Source: an uncultured Planctomycetia bacterium
Lineage (GTDB): Bacteria; Omnitrophota; Gorgyraeia; 2-02-FULL-51-18
DNA: 64,000 bases
Direction: 5' to 3'
Assembly (NCBI GenBank): GCA_964431835.1
Contig: CAYSKO010000007.1
Span: forward strand, 8,997-72,996
The notes beneath the pieces were generated by a model. The model was not told the origin of the DNA. It worked only from the letters and a program-made list of their open reading frames with translations, and made no database searches. Below are positions 18,767 through 28,145 of this stretch, one piece after another. The translations under genes and the position numbers were made by a program. The number at the start of each line of letters is the position of its first letter. Position 1 is the first letter of the stretch.

Positions 18767-20076
18767 ACGGGCTGTGGTTCTCGATGCTTTTCCTCGTCCA
18801 TTTCTACGGGACTCCGAAGAGTCGCGCGTTCGTGCTCTTTTCGATCGCAGCCGCGGCGGCGGGGATCGCGACGCTTCCCGGCGTGGATCCGTTCGCGTGG
18901 GTCTTCTACGCCACGGCGTCGTTGCTCGTTTTTTGGGGGGCCGGGAAATTCCGGCTCTGGGCTTCGGCGCGTTCCGTGGCCGTCGGCGAAGAGCTCGAAG
19001 CGATCGAGCGGCGCTTGAACCAGGAGCACGGGACGCTCGCGGCGCTCGCCGACGAGACGAGCGGCATCTCGCTTCAGGCGGATGAAATCACACACCTCTG
19101 CGACCGCTTGAAGGAAATGTCCCAGAGTCTGGACCGCCTCGAGACGTTCCTGATCCTCGGTGAGGCGCTCGCGAAGCATTTCAAATTCGAGCGGCTCAAG
19201 CTCGTCTTCTTCGAGGATATCGACGCGTTCCCGAAACCCGAAAGCGTTTTCCAGCTCTCTTGGGCCGATTTCCAGGGCGTCTTCGACCGAAGCGCCTATA
19301 AAAAGAACCCGGATCGCGCGCGCGGTGAGATTTTTGACTTCGACCGCATGGTGATCGACACGCTGTCGCGCGGGGGGCGGCTCCTCTACGCGGCGCCCAC
19401 CGAATGGGGCGCGCCCTACATGGCGCACCCGGTCATTCTCCAGAACAAGCTCGCGGCCGCGATCATCCTGACCGGCATCAGCGAGAAGGACGTCCAGATA
19501 TTCACAATTCTCACCGAGAGCTTCGCGGCCGAGATCCGCCGCCTGCGGCTGTACGAGCGCGTCCAGATGCTCGCGACGACCGACGGGTTGACCGGGGTCG
19601 CCGTACGCCGGACCCTCCTCGAGCGTTTGGAGGGCGAGCTCGACCGCTCCCGCCGCATGGGCCACAAACTTTCTTTCCTCCTCATCGACATCGACGACTT
19701 CAAGCGGTTCAACGACCAGTGCGGGCATCTCGTGGGGGACGTCGTTCTCCGTGAAGTCGCCGACACCGTCCGAAAGAATATCCGCGAGGTCGACCTCGTG
19801 GGACGTTACGGCGGGGAGGAGTTCGGTGTTTTTCTCATCGAGACCGACGAGGCGGGCGCCCTCTTCGTCGCCGAGCGTATCCGGAAGGCGATCCAAGACA
19901 AACAGTACCGCGCCTACGACGAAGACTTAAAGGTCACGGTGAGCATCGGCTGTTCCACCTACGCCGCGGGTCAACCGCAGGACGCCGCGAGTATCGTCGA
20001 CACCGCCGACGGAGCCCTGTACGGAGCCAAGCGAGCGGGTAAGAACCGCGTGCACATGGCTGGCGCGACCCCCTGA
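18745..20076 (+). CDS. Membrane-associated GGDEF diguanylate cyclase, paralogous to the upstream gene (GGEEF, intact RxxD I-site REVD)
   Basis: N-terminal TM helices and the GGDEF domain (RYGGEEF). The ATG with SD GGGAAGGA overlaps the upstream gene by 22 nt. Confidence 0.85.
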   Translation: MWRYVVLNGLWFSMLFLVHFYGTPKSRAFVLFSIAAAAAGIATLPGVDPFAWVFYATASLLVFWGAGKFRLWASARSVAVGEELEAIERRLNQEHGTLAALADETSGISLQADEITHLCDRLKEMSQSLDRLETFLILGEALAKHFKFERLKLVFFEDIDAFPKPESVFQLSWADFQGVFDRSAYKKNPDRARGEIFDFDRMVIDTLSRGGRLLYAAPTEWGAPYMAHPVILQNKLAAAIILTGISEKDVQIFTILTESFAAEIRRLRLYERVQMLATTDGLTGVAVRRTLLERLEGELDRSRRMGHKLSFLLIDIDDFKRFNDQCGHLVGDVVLREVADTVRKNIREVDLVGRYGGEEFGVFLIETDEAGALFVAERIRKAIQDKQYRAYDEDLKVTVSIGCSTYAAGQPQDAASIVDTADGALYGAKRAGKNRVHMAGATP

Positions 20077-20086
20077 CAATTTTTTC

Positions 20087-20115
20087 TCTTATCCTGATTC
20101 GTACCAAGGTATAAT
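20087..20115 (+). promoter_or_regulatory. Candidate promoter with a perfect -10 TATAAT (20110-20115) 7 nt upstream of the ROK ATG (leaderless arrangement); weak -35
   Basis: Read directly. No SD precedes the ATG at 20123. Confidence 0.3.
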
Positions 20116-20122
20116 ACCCGCC

Positions 20123-21097
20123 ATGTCAAAAGTCGCGATTGGAATAGACATCGGCGGGACGAGCATCAAGCTCGGCCTCGTCACGGGCCAGGGCCGCCTG
20201 ATCGAGAAGACCTCTTTTCCGACCGATAAAAAGGGCGGCCGCGAGAAAACCCTCCGGGAGCTCGAGCGCCAGGTGAAAGCGTTCGCCGCGAAGGCGCGCT
20301 CCGCCGGCCACCAAGTCGCGGGCGTGGGCATCGGCGCTCCGGGCCCCGTCGACGTCGATCGCGGTTTCGTCTACTTCTTCCCGAACGTCCCCGGCTGGAA
20401 AGACACGCCGCTCGTTTCAATCCTCTCTAAGCGCCTCCGGATGCCGGTCCGTCTCGACAACGACGCCAACGCCATGGCGCTCGGCGAATTCCTCTTCGGC
20501 GCGGGCCGCGGTGTAAAGAACGGCATCGCCCTCACGCTAGGCACGGGGGTCGGCGGCGGCATCATTCTGGACGGCAAGCTTTTCCATGGCCCGACGTACT
20601 CTGCGGCCGAGATCGGCCATCTCGTTATCAACGAGGACGGCCCCAAATGCGGCTGCGGCAACACTGGCTGCATCGAAACGTACGTCGGCAACGGTTATTT
20701 CACCCGGGAAATCGAGCGCCGCCTGGCCAAGGGCGAGAAAAGCGTCCTTTCGGCTTGGATCAAAGAAGGGAAGACGCTCACACCTCTCCTTGCGAAGGAA
20801 GCATGGAAGAAGGGCGACCGTTTCGCGAAGAAAATGTGGGCGGACACGGGAACGCATCTGGGCAACGCCCTCGTGGGCCTCGTGAACATCCTGAATCCAG
20901 AAAAGATCATCCTGGGCGGCGGAATAGCCCAGAACCCCGAGATCCTTTTTCCGCACGTCATCGAAACGATCCGGAAGAAGGCGTTTCCGATCGCCTTCCG
21001 TTCGCTGAAAGTGGTCCCGGCGCGTCTCGGCACCGAAGCGGGGCTCATCGGCGCGGCAGCGCTCGTTTTCGCGAACTCGGAGGGGAAGCGCACGTGA
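20123..21097 (+). CDS. ROK-family sugar kinase (glucokinase-like)
   Basis: N-terminal GIDIGGT ATPase motif and the ROK zinc motif (CGCGNTGCIE). Confidence 0.85.
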   Translation: MSKVAIGIDIGGTSIKLGLVTGQGRLIEKTSFPTDKKGGREKTLRELERQVKAFAAKARSAGHQVAGVGIGAPGPVDVDRGFVYFFPNVPGWKDTPLVSILSKRLRMPVRLDNDANAMALGEFLFGAGRGVKNGIALTLGTGVGGGIILDGKLFHGPTYSAAEIGHLVINEDGPKCGCGNTGCIETYVGNGYFTREIERRLAKGEKSVLSAWIKEGKTLTPLLAKEAWKKGDRFAKKMWADTGTHLGNALVGLVNILNPEKIILGGGIAQNPEILFPHVIETIRKKAFPIAFRSLKVVPARLGTEAGLIGAAALVFANSEGKRT

Positions 21098-23253
21098 CCC
21101 TTCTTCGCCGCGTCCTTTTCGCCGCTCTGCTCGCAGGCGCGCTTTTCCAGACCCCCGCTTTCGCCGACGCCCCCGCACCCGAGGGAACGGCCGCCAATCC
21201 AGCCTCGCCGGCCGGAGCCTCCGAGAAGAACGAGGCGCTCGTTCCGATCCAGGTGAAGGGCGACAACGTCGAATATTTCCACGAGGAAGAGAAGGCAATC
21301 GGGACCGGCAACGTCTCGATCGATTACGAAGGCTCGCGTCTTACCGCCGACAAGATCACGGTCTTCATGAAACAAAAGACCGCGCTTGCCGAAGGCAACG
21401 TGACCCTCACTCAGGAAGGTGCGACCTACAAAGGACAGCGCGCCGAATACGATTACGCCCGGAAGGTCGGGACCGTCACCGGAATGGCGGCCACAATCGA
21501 GCCGGGCCTGCACGGCAAGGCCAAGCAGGTGGAAATCGTCTCCGAAGGTCATTACCGCATGAAGGACGCTTACTTCACGACGTGCGACCCTTGCAATGAC
21601 AACCCGTTCTACCGCGTCCAGGCGAAGTCGATCGACATCTATCCCGGCAAGAAGGTAGTCGTCAAGAACGCGCTCATCCTCGTGAAGGGCATCCCCGTCT
21701 TTTTCGTGCCGGTCTACGTGCAGCCGCTCGTGAATTTCGACCGCTTCCCTGTGCAGCTCGTGCCAGGCAAAAACTCCGAGTGGGGCCCGTTCCTTCTTTC
21801 CCGCTGGCGTTACGAGCTTGCCGATTCGCCTTCGCTTCAGTCGAAGGGGAACATCCAAGCCGACTACCGCATCAAGCGCGGCGTCGGCGTCGGCGTCGAG
21901 AATTTCTACAAGGGCGATAAGATCGGTCGCGGCGCCGCGCGCGTGTACTACGCCGACGACCATGACGCCCCGCCGCTCGGAGAGACGAAGGGCCGCTACC
22001 GCGGCCAGTTGCGGCACCAGGTTCCGCTCACGCCGGACACCACCCTCACCGCCGAATTCAACAAGCAGTCCGATCCGGAGATCGTGAAGGACTTCTTCTT
22101 CGACGAGGAATACGAACGAGACGCGTTCCCCGACACCTACGTGTCCCTGATCACGTCGAAGCCCGAATACACACTCTCGTTCCTCGAGCGCGAGCGCGTC
22201 GACGACTTCTACACCGTCGTCGAACGCAGCCCCGAGGTCCGCTTCGACACGCACAACCGCCGCTTCGCCGAGACGCCGTTCTACCTGCGTCAGGAGTTCC
22301 AATTCGCGAACTTGAAGAAAGAATTTGCCCGCTCGGAGAACCAGCTAGACGTGATGCGCTTCGACGTGAACCAGACGCTTTCCTACGACGGCCAGATCGG
22401 TCCCGTGTCCGTGACGCCGCGCGTGGGCACCCGTCAGACCTACTATTCGCGCCGTCTCGAGGATTCCGAGGATCTCGTCCGCGCCACCTTCGACCCGGGC
22501 CTCGACATCTCGACGCGCTTCTACCGCACCTACAACAAGAACGTGCACAAGTGGGGCCTCGATTACAACGGCATCCGCCACATCTTCACACCCACGGCGA
22601 GCTACAATTTCCGCCCGAACCCGACCGCGCCGCGTACGATCCTGCAGCAGTTCGACGCGATTGACGCCCTCGACAAGCGCAACTTCATCCGGTTCCAGTT
22701 CGAGAACAAGTTCCAGACCAAGCACCACGAGAAGGGGACGGGCGCTCTCTACACCCGCGAGATCGCGCGCGTGATTCCGTTCTTCGACATGGATTTCGAC
22801 ACCAAGCGCCTCGAAAATATCGGGTACGACGTGGAGCTGCGTCCCTACAGCTGGCTCGGCATCGAGTCGGACGCGCTTTACGATCCCCGCCAGGACAACT
22901 TCGAGACCGTGAACTTCGATTTCTATCTGGGCGAGAAGGACGGCGTGCAGGTCGGCGTCGGACACCGTTACGTGCGCGACGAGTCGAGTCTTTTGACCAC
23001 CGAAGTCCGCTGGACGATCAACCCCGAGTACTCGGTGCGCGTGTACGAGCGCTTCGAGTTCGACGACGACGAGTCCGAAGAGTTCGAGATCACCCTTTCC
23101 AAGACGTTCGAATGCGTCATTGCCGATTTCACGTACAACCACAGGGAAGGCGACACGTTCTTCGTGGTTCTGCGGCTCAAGGGTTTCCCGAAGGCCTCCT
23201 TCGGTCTTAGTCAATCGTACAACCGTCCGAAGGCGTCGCCGGGACGCCTCTAA
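21094..23253 (+). CDS. lptD: LPS-assembly outer-membrane protein LptD (OstA)
   Basis: Signal peptide (LFAALLAGALFQTPAFA), the OstA/LptA-like N-terminal jellyroll and a roughly 600-aa aromatic-rich beta-barrel region. GTG start overlaps the ROK stop. Confidence 0.75.
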   Translation: MTLLRRVLFAALLAGALFQTPAFADAPAPEGTAANPASPAGASEKNEALVPIQVKGDNVEYFHEEEKAIGTGNVSIDYEGSRLTADKITVFMKQKTALAEGNVTLTQEGATYKGQRAEYDYARKVGTVTGMAATIEPGLHGKAKQVEIVSEGHYRMKDAYFTTCDPCNDNPFYRVQAKSIDIYPGKKVVVKNALILVKGIPVFFVPVYVQPLVNFDRFPVQLVPGKNSEWGPFLLSRWRYELADSPSLQSKGNIQADYRIKRGVGVGVENFYKGDKIGRGAARVYYADDHDAPPLGETKGRYRGQLRHQVPLTPDTTLTAEFNKQSDPEIVKDFFFDEEYERDAFPDTYVSLITSKPEYTLSFLERERVDDFYTVVERSPEVRFDTHNRRFAETPFYLRQEFQFANLKKEFARSENQLDVMRFDVNQTLSYDGQIGPVSVTPRVGTRQTYYSRRLEDSEDLVRATFDPGLDISTRFYRTYNKNVHKWGLDYNGIRHIFTPTASYNFRPNPTAPRTILQQFDAIDALDKRNFIRFQFENKFQTKHHEKGTGALYTREIARVIPFFDMDFDTKRLENIGYDVELRPYSWLGIESDALYDPRQDNFETVNFDFYLGEKDGVQVGVGHRYVRDESSLLTTEVRWTINPEYSVRVYERFEFDDDESEEFEITLSKTFECVIADFTYNHREGDTFFVVLRLKGFPKASFGLSQSYNRPKASPGRL

Positions 23254-23275
23254 AGTCCCTATAAGGAAGGATACG

Positions 23276-24568
23276 ATGAACATAGCCGTTGTCGGTACCG
23301 GTTACGTCGGACTCGTTTCCGGGGCATGCTTCGCGAGCCTCGGGAACAAGGTCGTCTGCGTGGATGTGGATGAAAGAAAGATCGCGATGCTGAAAAAAGG
23401 CAAATCGCCGATCTACGAGCCGGGCTTGGAAGAGCTCGTCCGCGAAAATATCCGCAAGAAAACCATTACGTTCTCGACCGATTTGAAAAGCGCCACGCGG
23501 AAAGCAGAAGTGATCTTCATCGCGGTCGGCACCCCTCCCAAACCCAACGGGGACGCAGATCTCTCCTATATCGAGGACGTCGCTCGCACGATCGCGCGCG
23601 AGGTCAACGGCTACAAAGTGATCGTCGAGAAGAGCACCGTGCCGGTCCAAACCGGCGAGAAGATCCGCGACACGATGCGGCTTTTCGCGCCCAAGGGAGC
23701 CCAGTTCGACGTGGCGTCGAACCCTGAGTTCCTGCGCGAGGGGAGCGCGGTGAGCGATTTCATGAACCCCGACCGCGTGATCCTGGGTGTCGAATCCGCG
23801 CGCGCGAAAAAAGTCCTCATCGAGCTCTACAAGCCGCTCAAATCCCGCATCCTCGTCACGGACATCAAGTCCGCCGAGATCATCAAGCACGCTTCCAATT
23901 CGTTCCTCGCGATGAAGATCTCCTTCATCAACGCGATCGCGCGCGTCTGCGACGCGGCGAAAGCCGACGTCGAGCTCGTCTCGCTGGGCATGGGCTTGGA
24001 TTCGCGTATCGGCAAAAGTTTCCTCTCGCCCGGCATCGGTTTCGGTGGTTTTTGTTTCCCGAAGGACCTCGCCGCGTTCATCCGCATCTGCGAGAAGCTC
24101 GGCTACGACTTCGATCTCCTGCGTGCGGTGGAGCGGATCAACGAAGAGCAGAAACGCTATTTCGTGAAGCGTATCGAGGAGGTCCTCTGGAACATCAACC
24201 AGAAAACGATCGCGGTGCTGGGGCTTGCTTTTAAGCCCAACACCGACGACATGCGCTACGCCCCGTCGCTCGACATCGTCGCGGCGCTCCAGGCCCAGGG
24301 CGCCCGGATCCGCGCCTACGATCCCCACGCGATGGACAACGCGAAGAAGCTGATGAAGAACGTCGTTTTCTGCCGGGACGCTTACGAGGCCTGCAAGGGC
24401 GCCGACTGCGCGATTGTCGTGACGGAATGGGGCGAATTCAAACAGCTGGATCTGAAGCGGGTGAAAAAGCTCCTCACGCAGCCGACGATCGTGGACGGCC
24501 GCAACATCTACGACCCCAAGAAGATGAAGGCGCTCGGTTTCCGCTACGCGTCCATCGGGAGGTCGTGA
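23276..24568 (+). CDS. ugd: UDP-glucose 6-dehydrogenase
   Basis: N-terminal GTGYVGL Rossmann motif and the catalytic Cys block (GFGGFCFPKD). Confidence 0.9.
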   Translation: MNIAVVGTGYVGLVSGACFASLGNKVVCVDVDERKIAMLKKGKSPIYEPGLEELVRENIRKKTITFSTDLKSATRKAEVIFIAVGTPPKPNGDADLSYIEDVARTIAREVNGYKVIVEKSTVPVQTGEKIRDTMRLFAPKGAQFDVASNPEFLREGSAVSDFMNPDRVILGVESARAKKVLIELYKPLKSRILVTDIKSAEIIKHASNSFLAMKISFINAIARVCDAAKADVELVSLGMGLDSRIGKSFLSPGIGFGGFCFPKDLAAFIRICEKLGYDFDLLRAVERINEEQKRYFVKRIEEVLWNINQKTIAVLGLAFKPNTDDMRYAPSLDIVAALQAQGARIRAYDPHAMDNAKKLMKNVVFCRDAYEACKGADCAIVVTEWGEFKQLDLKRVKKLLTQPTIVDGRNIYDPKKMKALGFRYASIGRS

Positions 24569-24569
24569 C

Positions 24570-25319
24570 GTGGAAGAGCTGAAGGGCGTAATCCTGGCCG
24601 GCGGCCTTGGCACGCGCCTTTGGCCCCTTACGAAGATCACGAACAAGCACCTTCTCCCGGTCTACGACAAGCCGATGATCTACTATCCGCTCGCCTCGCT
24701 CGTTGAAGCGGGAATCACCGACATTTCGATCGTCACCGGCGGCAATCATGCGGGTGAATTCCTCCGTCTTTTGGGCGACGGCCACGCGTTTGGCCTGAAC
24801 CACATTAATTACACCTACCAGGAAGGCGAGGGCGGCATCGCGCAGGCGCTCGGCCTCACGCACTACTTCACCAAGGGCGCGCGGACTGTCGTGGTCCTCG
24901 GCGACAACCTCTACGAGGACAGTCTGCAGCCGTTCGTGGAACGCTACCGGAAGCAGAAAAAAGGTGCGCGCGTTCTCTTAAAGCGAGTCGAAGATCCTGA
25001 GCGTTTCGGCGTCGCGGAGCTGGCGGGCGGAAAGATCCTTTCGATCGAGGAAAAGCCCCTAAAACCCAAGTCCGACCTCGCCGTCACCGGCGTGTACATG
25101 TACGACGATAGCGTGTTCGATATCATCAGGACGCTTAAACCTTCCAAGCGCGGCGAGCTCGAGATCACCGACGTGAACAACGAGTACATCCGCCGCGGCG
25201 AACTCGAGTACGACGTCCTGGACGGCTGGTGGACGGACAGCGGCACGATCGAGTCTCTCTTACGCGCCAACAGTCTCGTCGCCCAGATGGCGCATGCCAA
25301 GTCCAAGGGGAAGGCGTGA
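24570..25319 (+). CDS. rfbA: Glucose-1-phosphate thymidylyltransferase (RmlA-like, short form)
   Basis: N-terminus GVILAGGLGTRLWPLT...LLPVYDKPMIYYPL is the RmlA signature. 249 aa. Confidence 0.75.
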   Translation: MEELKGVILAGGLGTRLWPLTKITNKHLLPVYDKPMIYYPLASLVEAGITDISIVTGGNHAGEFLRLLGDGHAFGLNHINYTYQEGEGGIAQALGLTHYFTKGARTVVVLGDNLYEDSLQPFVERYRKQKKGARVLLKRVEDPERFGVAELAGGKILSIEEKPLKPKSDLAVTGVYMYDDSVFDIIRTLKPSKRGELEITDVNNEYIRRGELEYDVLDGWWTDSGTIESLLRANSLVAQMAHAKSKGKA

Positions 25320-26335
25320 AGAGTCGGAGGGTCCTCGTCACCGGCGGCGCGGGTTTCATTGGCTCGTGCCTCGTGAAGATGTGGCTCCGCGAGGATCCGA
25401 AGATCGAGATCGTGAATCTCGACAAACTCGCGTACGCGGGAGACCTCGCGCGCTTGAAAGAGATCGAAAATGAGCCGCGGCACCGTTTCGTGCGCGGAGA
25501 CGTCGCGAACCCGGCGGAAGTGGAGAAGGCGATGGCGGGCTGCGACGGCGTGGTGCACACGGCCGCCGAAACGCACGTCGACCGCTCCCTTCTCGACGCC
25601 AAAGCCTTCATCGACACGAACGTCTACGGCACGTACGTTCTTCTCGAGGCCGCCCGTAAGGCGGGCGTCCGGCGTTTCTTGACCGTCAGCACCGACGAAG
25701 TGTACGGCAGCCGTCCGACGGGCTTCTTCAAGGAAGGCGCCCCGATGGCCCCGACGAGCCCCTATTCCGTTTCGAAGACCGCTTCCGACCTCCTCACCCT
25801 TTCCTACACCCACACGCACGGCCTGCCGACGGTCGTCACCCGCGGCTCGAACACCTACGGCAACTGGCAGTATCCCGAGAAAGTCATCCCGCTTTTCATA
25901 TCCAACGCGTTCTCGGACAAAAAGCTTCCTCTGTACGGGGACGGCAAGCAGGTCCGTAACTGGATGCACGTCGACGACCATGCGCGCGCGATCCTCGTCG
26001 CGTTCAAGAAGGGGAAGGCCGGGGAAGCGTACAACGTCTCTTCGAGCGTGTATCTGCGCAACATCGACCTCACGCGCCGTATTCTCAAGCTGCTCGGCAA
26101 GTCCGAGGCTCTCATCGAACGCGTGACCGACCGCGCTGGACACGACCGCCGCTACGCAATCGATTCGCGCCGCCTGCGCGCACTCGGCTGGAAAGAGCGT
26201 GTGTCCTTCGAAAAGGGCCTCACGGCGACAGTTGATTGGTACCGGGTGAACGCGGCCTGGTGGCGCGGCATTAAGGAAAAGAACGCTTTTGGCGAATACT
26301 ATCTGAAAACCTACGGAGACCGCCGCCGGGGATGA
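25316..26335 (+). CDS. rfbB: dTDP-glucose 4,6-dehydratase
   Basis: VTGGAGFIGS motif, the YSVSK catalytic pair and family length. GTGA overlap with the upstream gene. Confidence 0.9.
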   Translation: MKSRRVLVTGGAGFIGSCLVKMWLREDPKIEIVNLDKLAYAGDLARLKEIENEPRHRFVRGDVANPAEVEKAMAGCDGVVHTAAETHVDRSLLDAKAFIDTNVYGTYVLLEAARKAGVRRFLTVSTDEVYGSRPTGFFKEGAPMAPTSPYSVSKTASDLLTLSYTHTHGLPTVVTRGSNTYGNWQYPEKVIPLFISNAFSDKKLPLYGDGKQVRNWMHVDDHARAILVAFKKGKAGEAYNVSSSVYLRNIDLTRRILKLLGKSEALIERVTDRAGHDRRYAIDSRRLRALGWKERVSFEKGLTATVDWYRVNAAWWRGIKEKNAFGEYYLKTYGDRRRG

Positions 26336-27219
26336 TCCTCATCACCGGCGCTTCTGGAATCCTCGGCTCGGCGCTGATGCGCCGCCTGGGAAAGCGGGCG
26401 CGGGGCGTGTCGCGCAGCGGCCGCGGCGGCGCGGAAACTGCGGATTTGTCCCGCGCAGCCGACGTCGCGCGCCTTTTCGCGGACGAACCCGTGCTTGTCG
26501 TCAATGCGGCCGCGTTTTCGGACGTCGACGGCTGCGAACGGGATGCCGCGCAGGCCTGGGCTTCGAACGCCGAAAGCGTGAAGAATCTCGCGGTGGAATG
26601 TTCGCGCCGCGGAGTGCCGTTCCTTCATGTGAGCACGAACTACGTGTTCGACGGCCGGAAAGAAAGACCGTACGCCGAGGACGACGCGGCATCGCCCGTC
26701 CAGATTTACGGGCTCACGAAGCTGGCGGGCGAGCACTACGCGCTCGCGTGTTCGGCGCCGACGGCGGTTGTGCGGACGAGCTGGCTTTTCGGCGAGGGGA
26801 ATTCCAAGAATTTTGTCGCGGCCATCGGCGAGCAGCTGAAGAGGGAGCCCGTCGTTCGCGTGCTGGACGACCAGGTCGATGCGCCCACGCACGTCGAAGA
26901 CCTCACGGATGCGCTCGAGCGCGTCGCGGCGGCGCTCGAGGCCGCTCGGAGCGGCGCGCGCCGCTACAGGGAAATTTTTCAAGTCTGCAATGCGGGGACC
27001 GGCACGCGGCTCGAAATGGCGCGCGTGATGAAGGAATCCTCCGGAAGCCCCGCGCGCGTGGAACGTCTGGACGCGTCGGAGCTCAAAGGACGCGTGGCGA
27101 TTCGCCCCGCTTACGGAGCGATGTCGCCCGCTAAATACGAGGCGGCGTTCGGCGTGCGTATGCGCGATTGGCGCGAGGCGCTCGCGGAATTCGTCCGGAG
27201 TGCGCCTTGCGCGTCCTGA
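26332..27219 (+). CDS. rfbD: dTDP-4-dehydrorhamnose reductase
   Basis: ILITGASG motif and RmlD-like length and blocks (YGLTKLAGE). Confidence 0.8.
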   Translation: MILITGASGILGSALMRRLGKRARGVSRSGRGGAETADLSRAADVARLFADEPVLVVNAAAFSDVDGCERDAAQAWASNAESVKNLAVECSRRGVPFLHVSTNYVFDGRKERPYAEDDAASPVQIYGLTKLAGEHYALACSAPTAVVRTSWLFGEGNSKNFVAAIGEQLKREPVVRVLDDQVDAPTHVEDLTDALERVAAALEAARSGARRYREIFQVCNAGTGTRLEMARVMKESSGSPARVERLDASELKGRVAIRPAYGAMSPAKYEAAFGVRMRDWREALAEFVRSAPCAS

Positions 27220-28145
27220 TTACGGGTTCTGGTGGCTTCGTCGGCCGACACCTCGCGGCTTACGCCGCGGCGCAGGGAGCCGACGTTATTGGGACGCGCC
27301 GTCCGGGCATATCTCTCGAGGGAAAAAGCGTCGAGCTAGACCTTACGAACGTGGATTCCTTGCGGCGAGCAGTGAAGGAAGCGGCGCCCGATCTCATATT
27401 TCATTTGGCCGGCGAATCGTCGGTGGCTGCCTCGTGGCTCTCGCCCGAGCGGACGCTCGAGACGAACGTTCTCGGCCTGCAAAGGCTCCTCGAGGCGGTC
27501 CTTACCGAGAAGCCCTCCGCGCGGGTCCTTGTCGCGTGCTCGAGCGACCAGTACGGCCCGGTGGACGAAGAGGATTTACCGATCGACGAAAGCGCCCCGT
27601 TCCGGCCGACGAGCCCCTACGCGCTTTCGAAGTGCGCGCAGGATCTCATAGCGTATCAGTTCCACTACGCGCACGGCCTCCACGTAGTGCGCACACGGAA
27701 CTTTAGCCAGATCGGTCCCGGCCAGGACGCACGGTTCGCGCCCGGCCGCTTCGCACGCGAGACGGCCCGCATCGAGGCGGGTCTTGCGGAACCGGTGATG
27801 AAGACGGGAAATTTGGACGCGATCCGCGATTTCACGGACGTCCGCGATTCAGTGCGCGCTCTCTGGCTCGTGCTCGATTCGGGACGCCCCGGCGAGGCCT
27901 ATAACGTTTGTTCGGGTCTCGGGCGGCGCGTAGGGGACATCGTGGAGCATTTCCGCCTCCGCTCGCGGAAGCCGTTCCGCGTGGAGACGGATCCGGCGCT
28001 CGTGCGGCCGGTCGATGTGCCGGCCGCCTGGGGCGACGGTTCGAAGCTTTCGAGGGAGACGGGCTGGCGGCCCGAGATTTCGTTTGAACGGGCGCTCGAC
28101 GACCTGCTCGAAGACTGGCGAAAAAAAGTAAAGGAAGGCGCATGA
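27207..28145 (+). CDS. NAD-dependent epimerase/dehydratase family protein (GDP-sugar dehydratase/reductase-like)
   Basis: LITGSGGFVG Rossmann motif and the YALSK catalytic pair. TTG start 27207 is preferred; the in-frame ATG 27168 would overlap rfbD by 52 nt. Confidence 0.75.
   Translation: MRVLITGSGGFVGRHLAAYAAAQGADVIGTRRPGISLEGKSVELDLTNVDSLRRAVKEAAPDLIFHLAGESSVAASWLSPERTLETNVLGLQRLLEAVLTEKPSARVLVACSSDQYGPVDEEDLPIDESAPFRPTSPYALSKCAQDLIAYQFHYAHGLHVVRTRNFSQIGPGQDARFAPGRFARETARIEAGLAEPVMKTGNLDAIRDFTDVRDSVRALWLVLDSGRPGEAYNVCSGLGRRVGDIVEHFRLRSRKPFRVETDPALVRPVDVPAAWGDGSKLSRETGWRPEISFERALDDLLEDWRKKVKEGA

Noticed and set aside
20647-21093. N-terminal 149-codon extension of the lptD frame (track ORF starts at 20647)
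   Set aside because: It overlaps the ROK kinase in another frame. The signal peptide begins right at GTG 21094, which overlaps the ROK stop. The extension is a read-through artefact.
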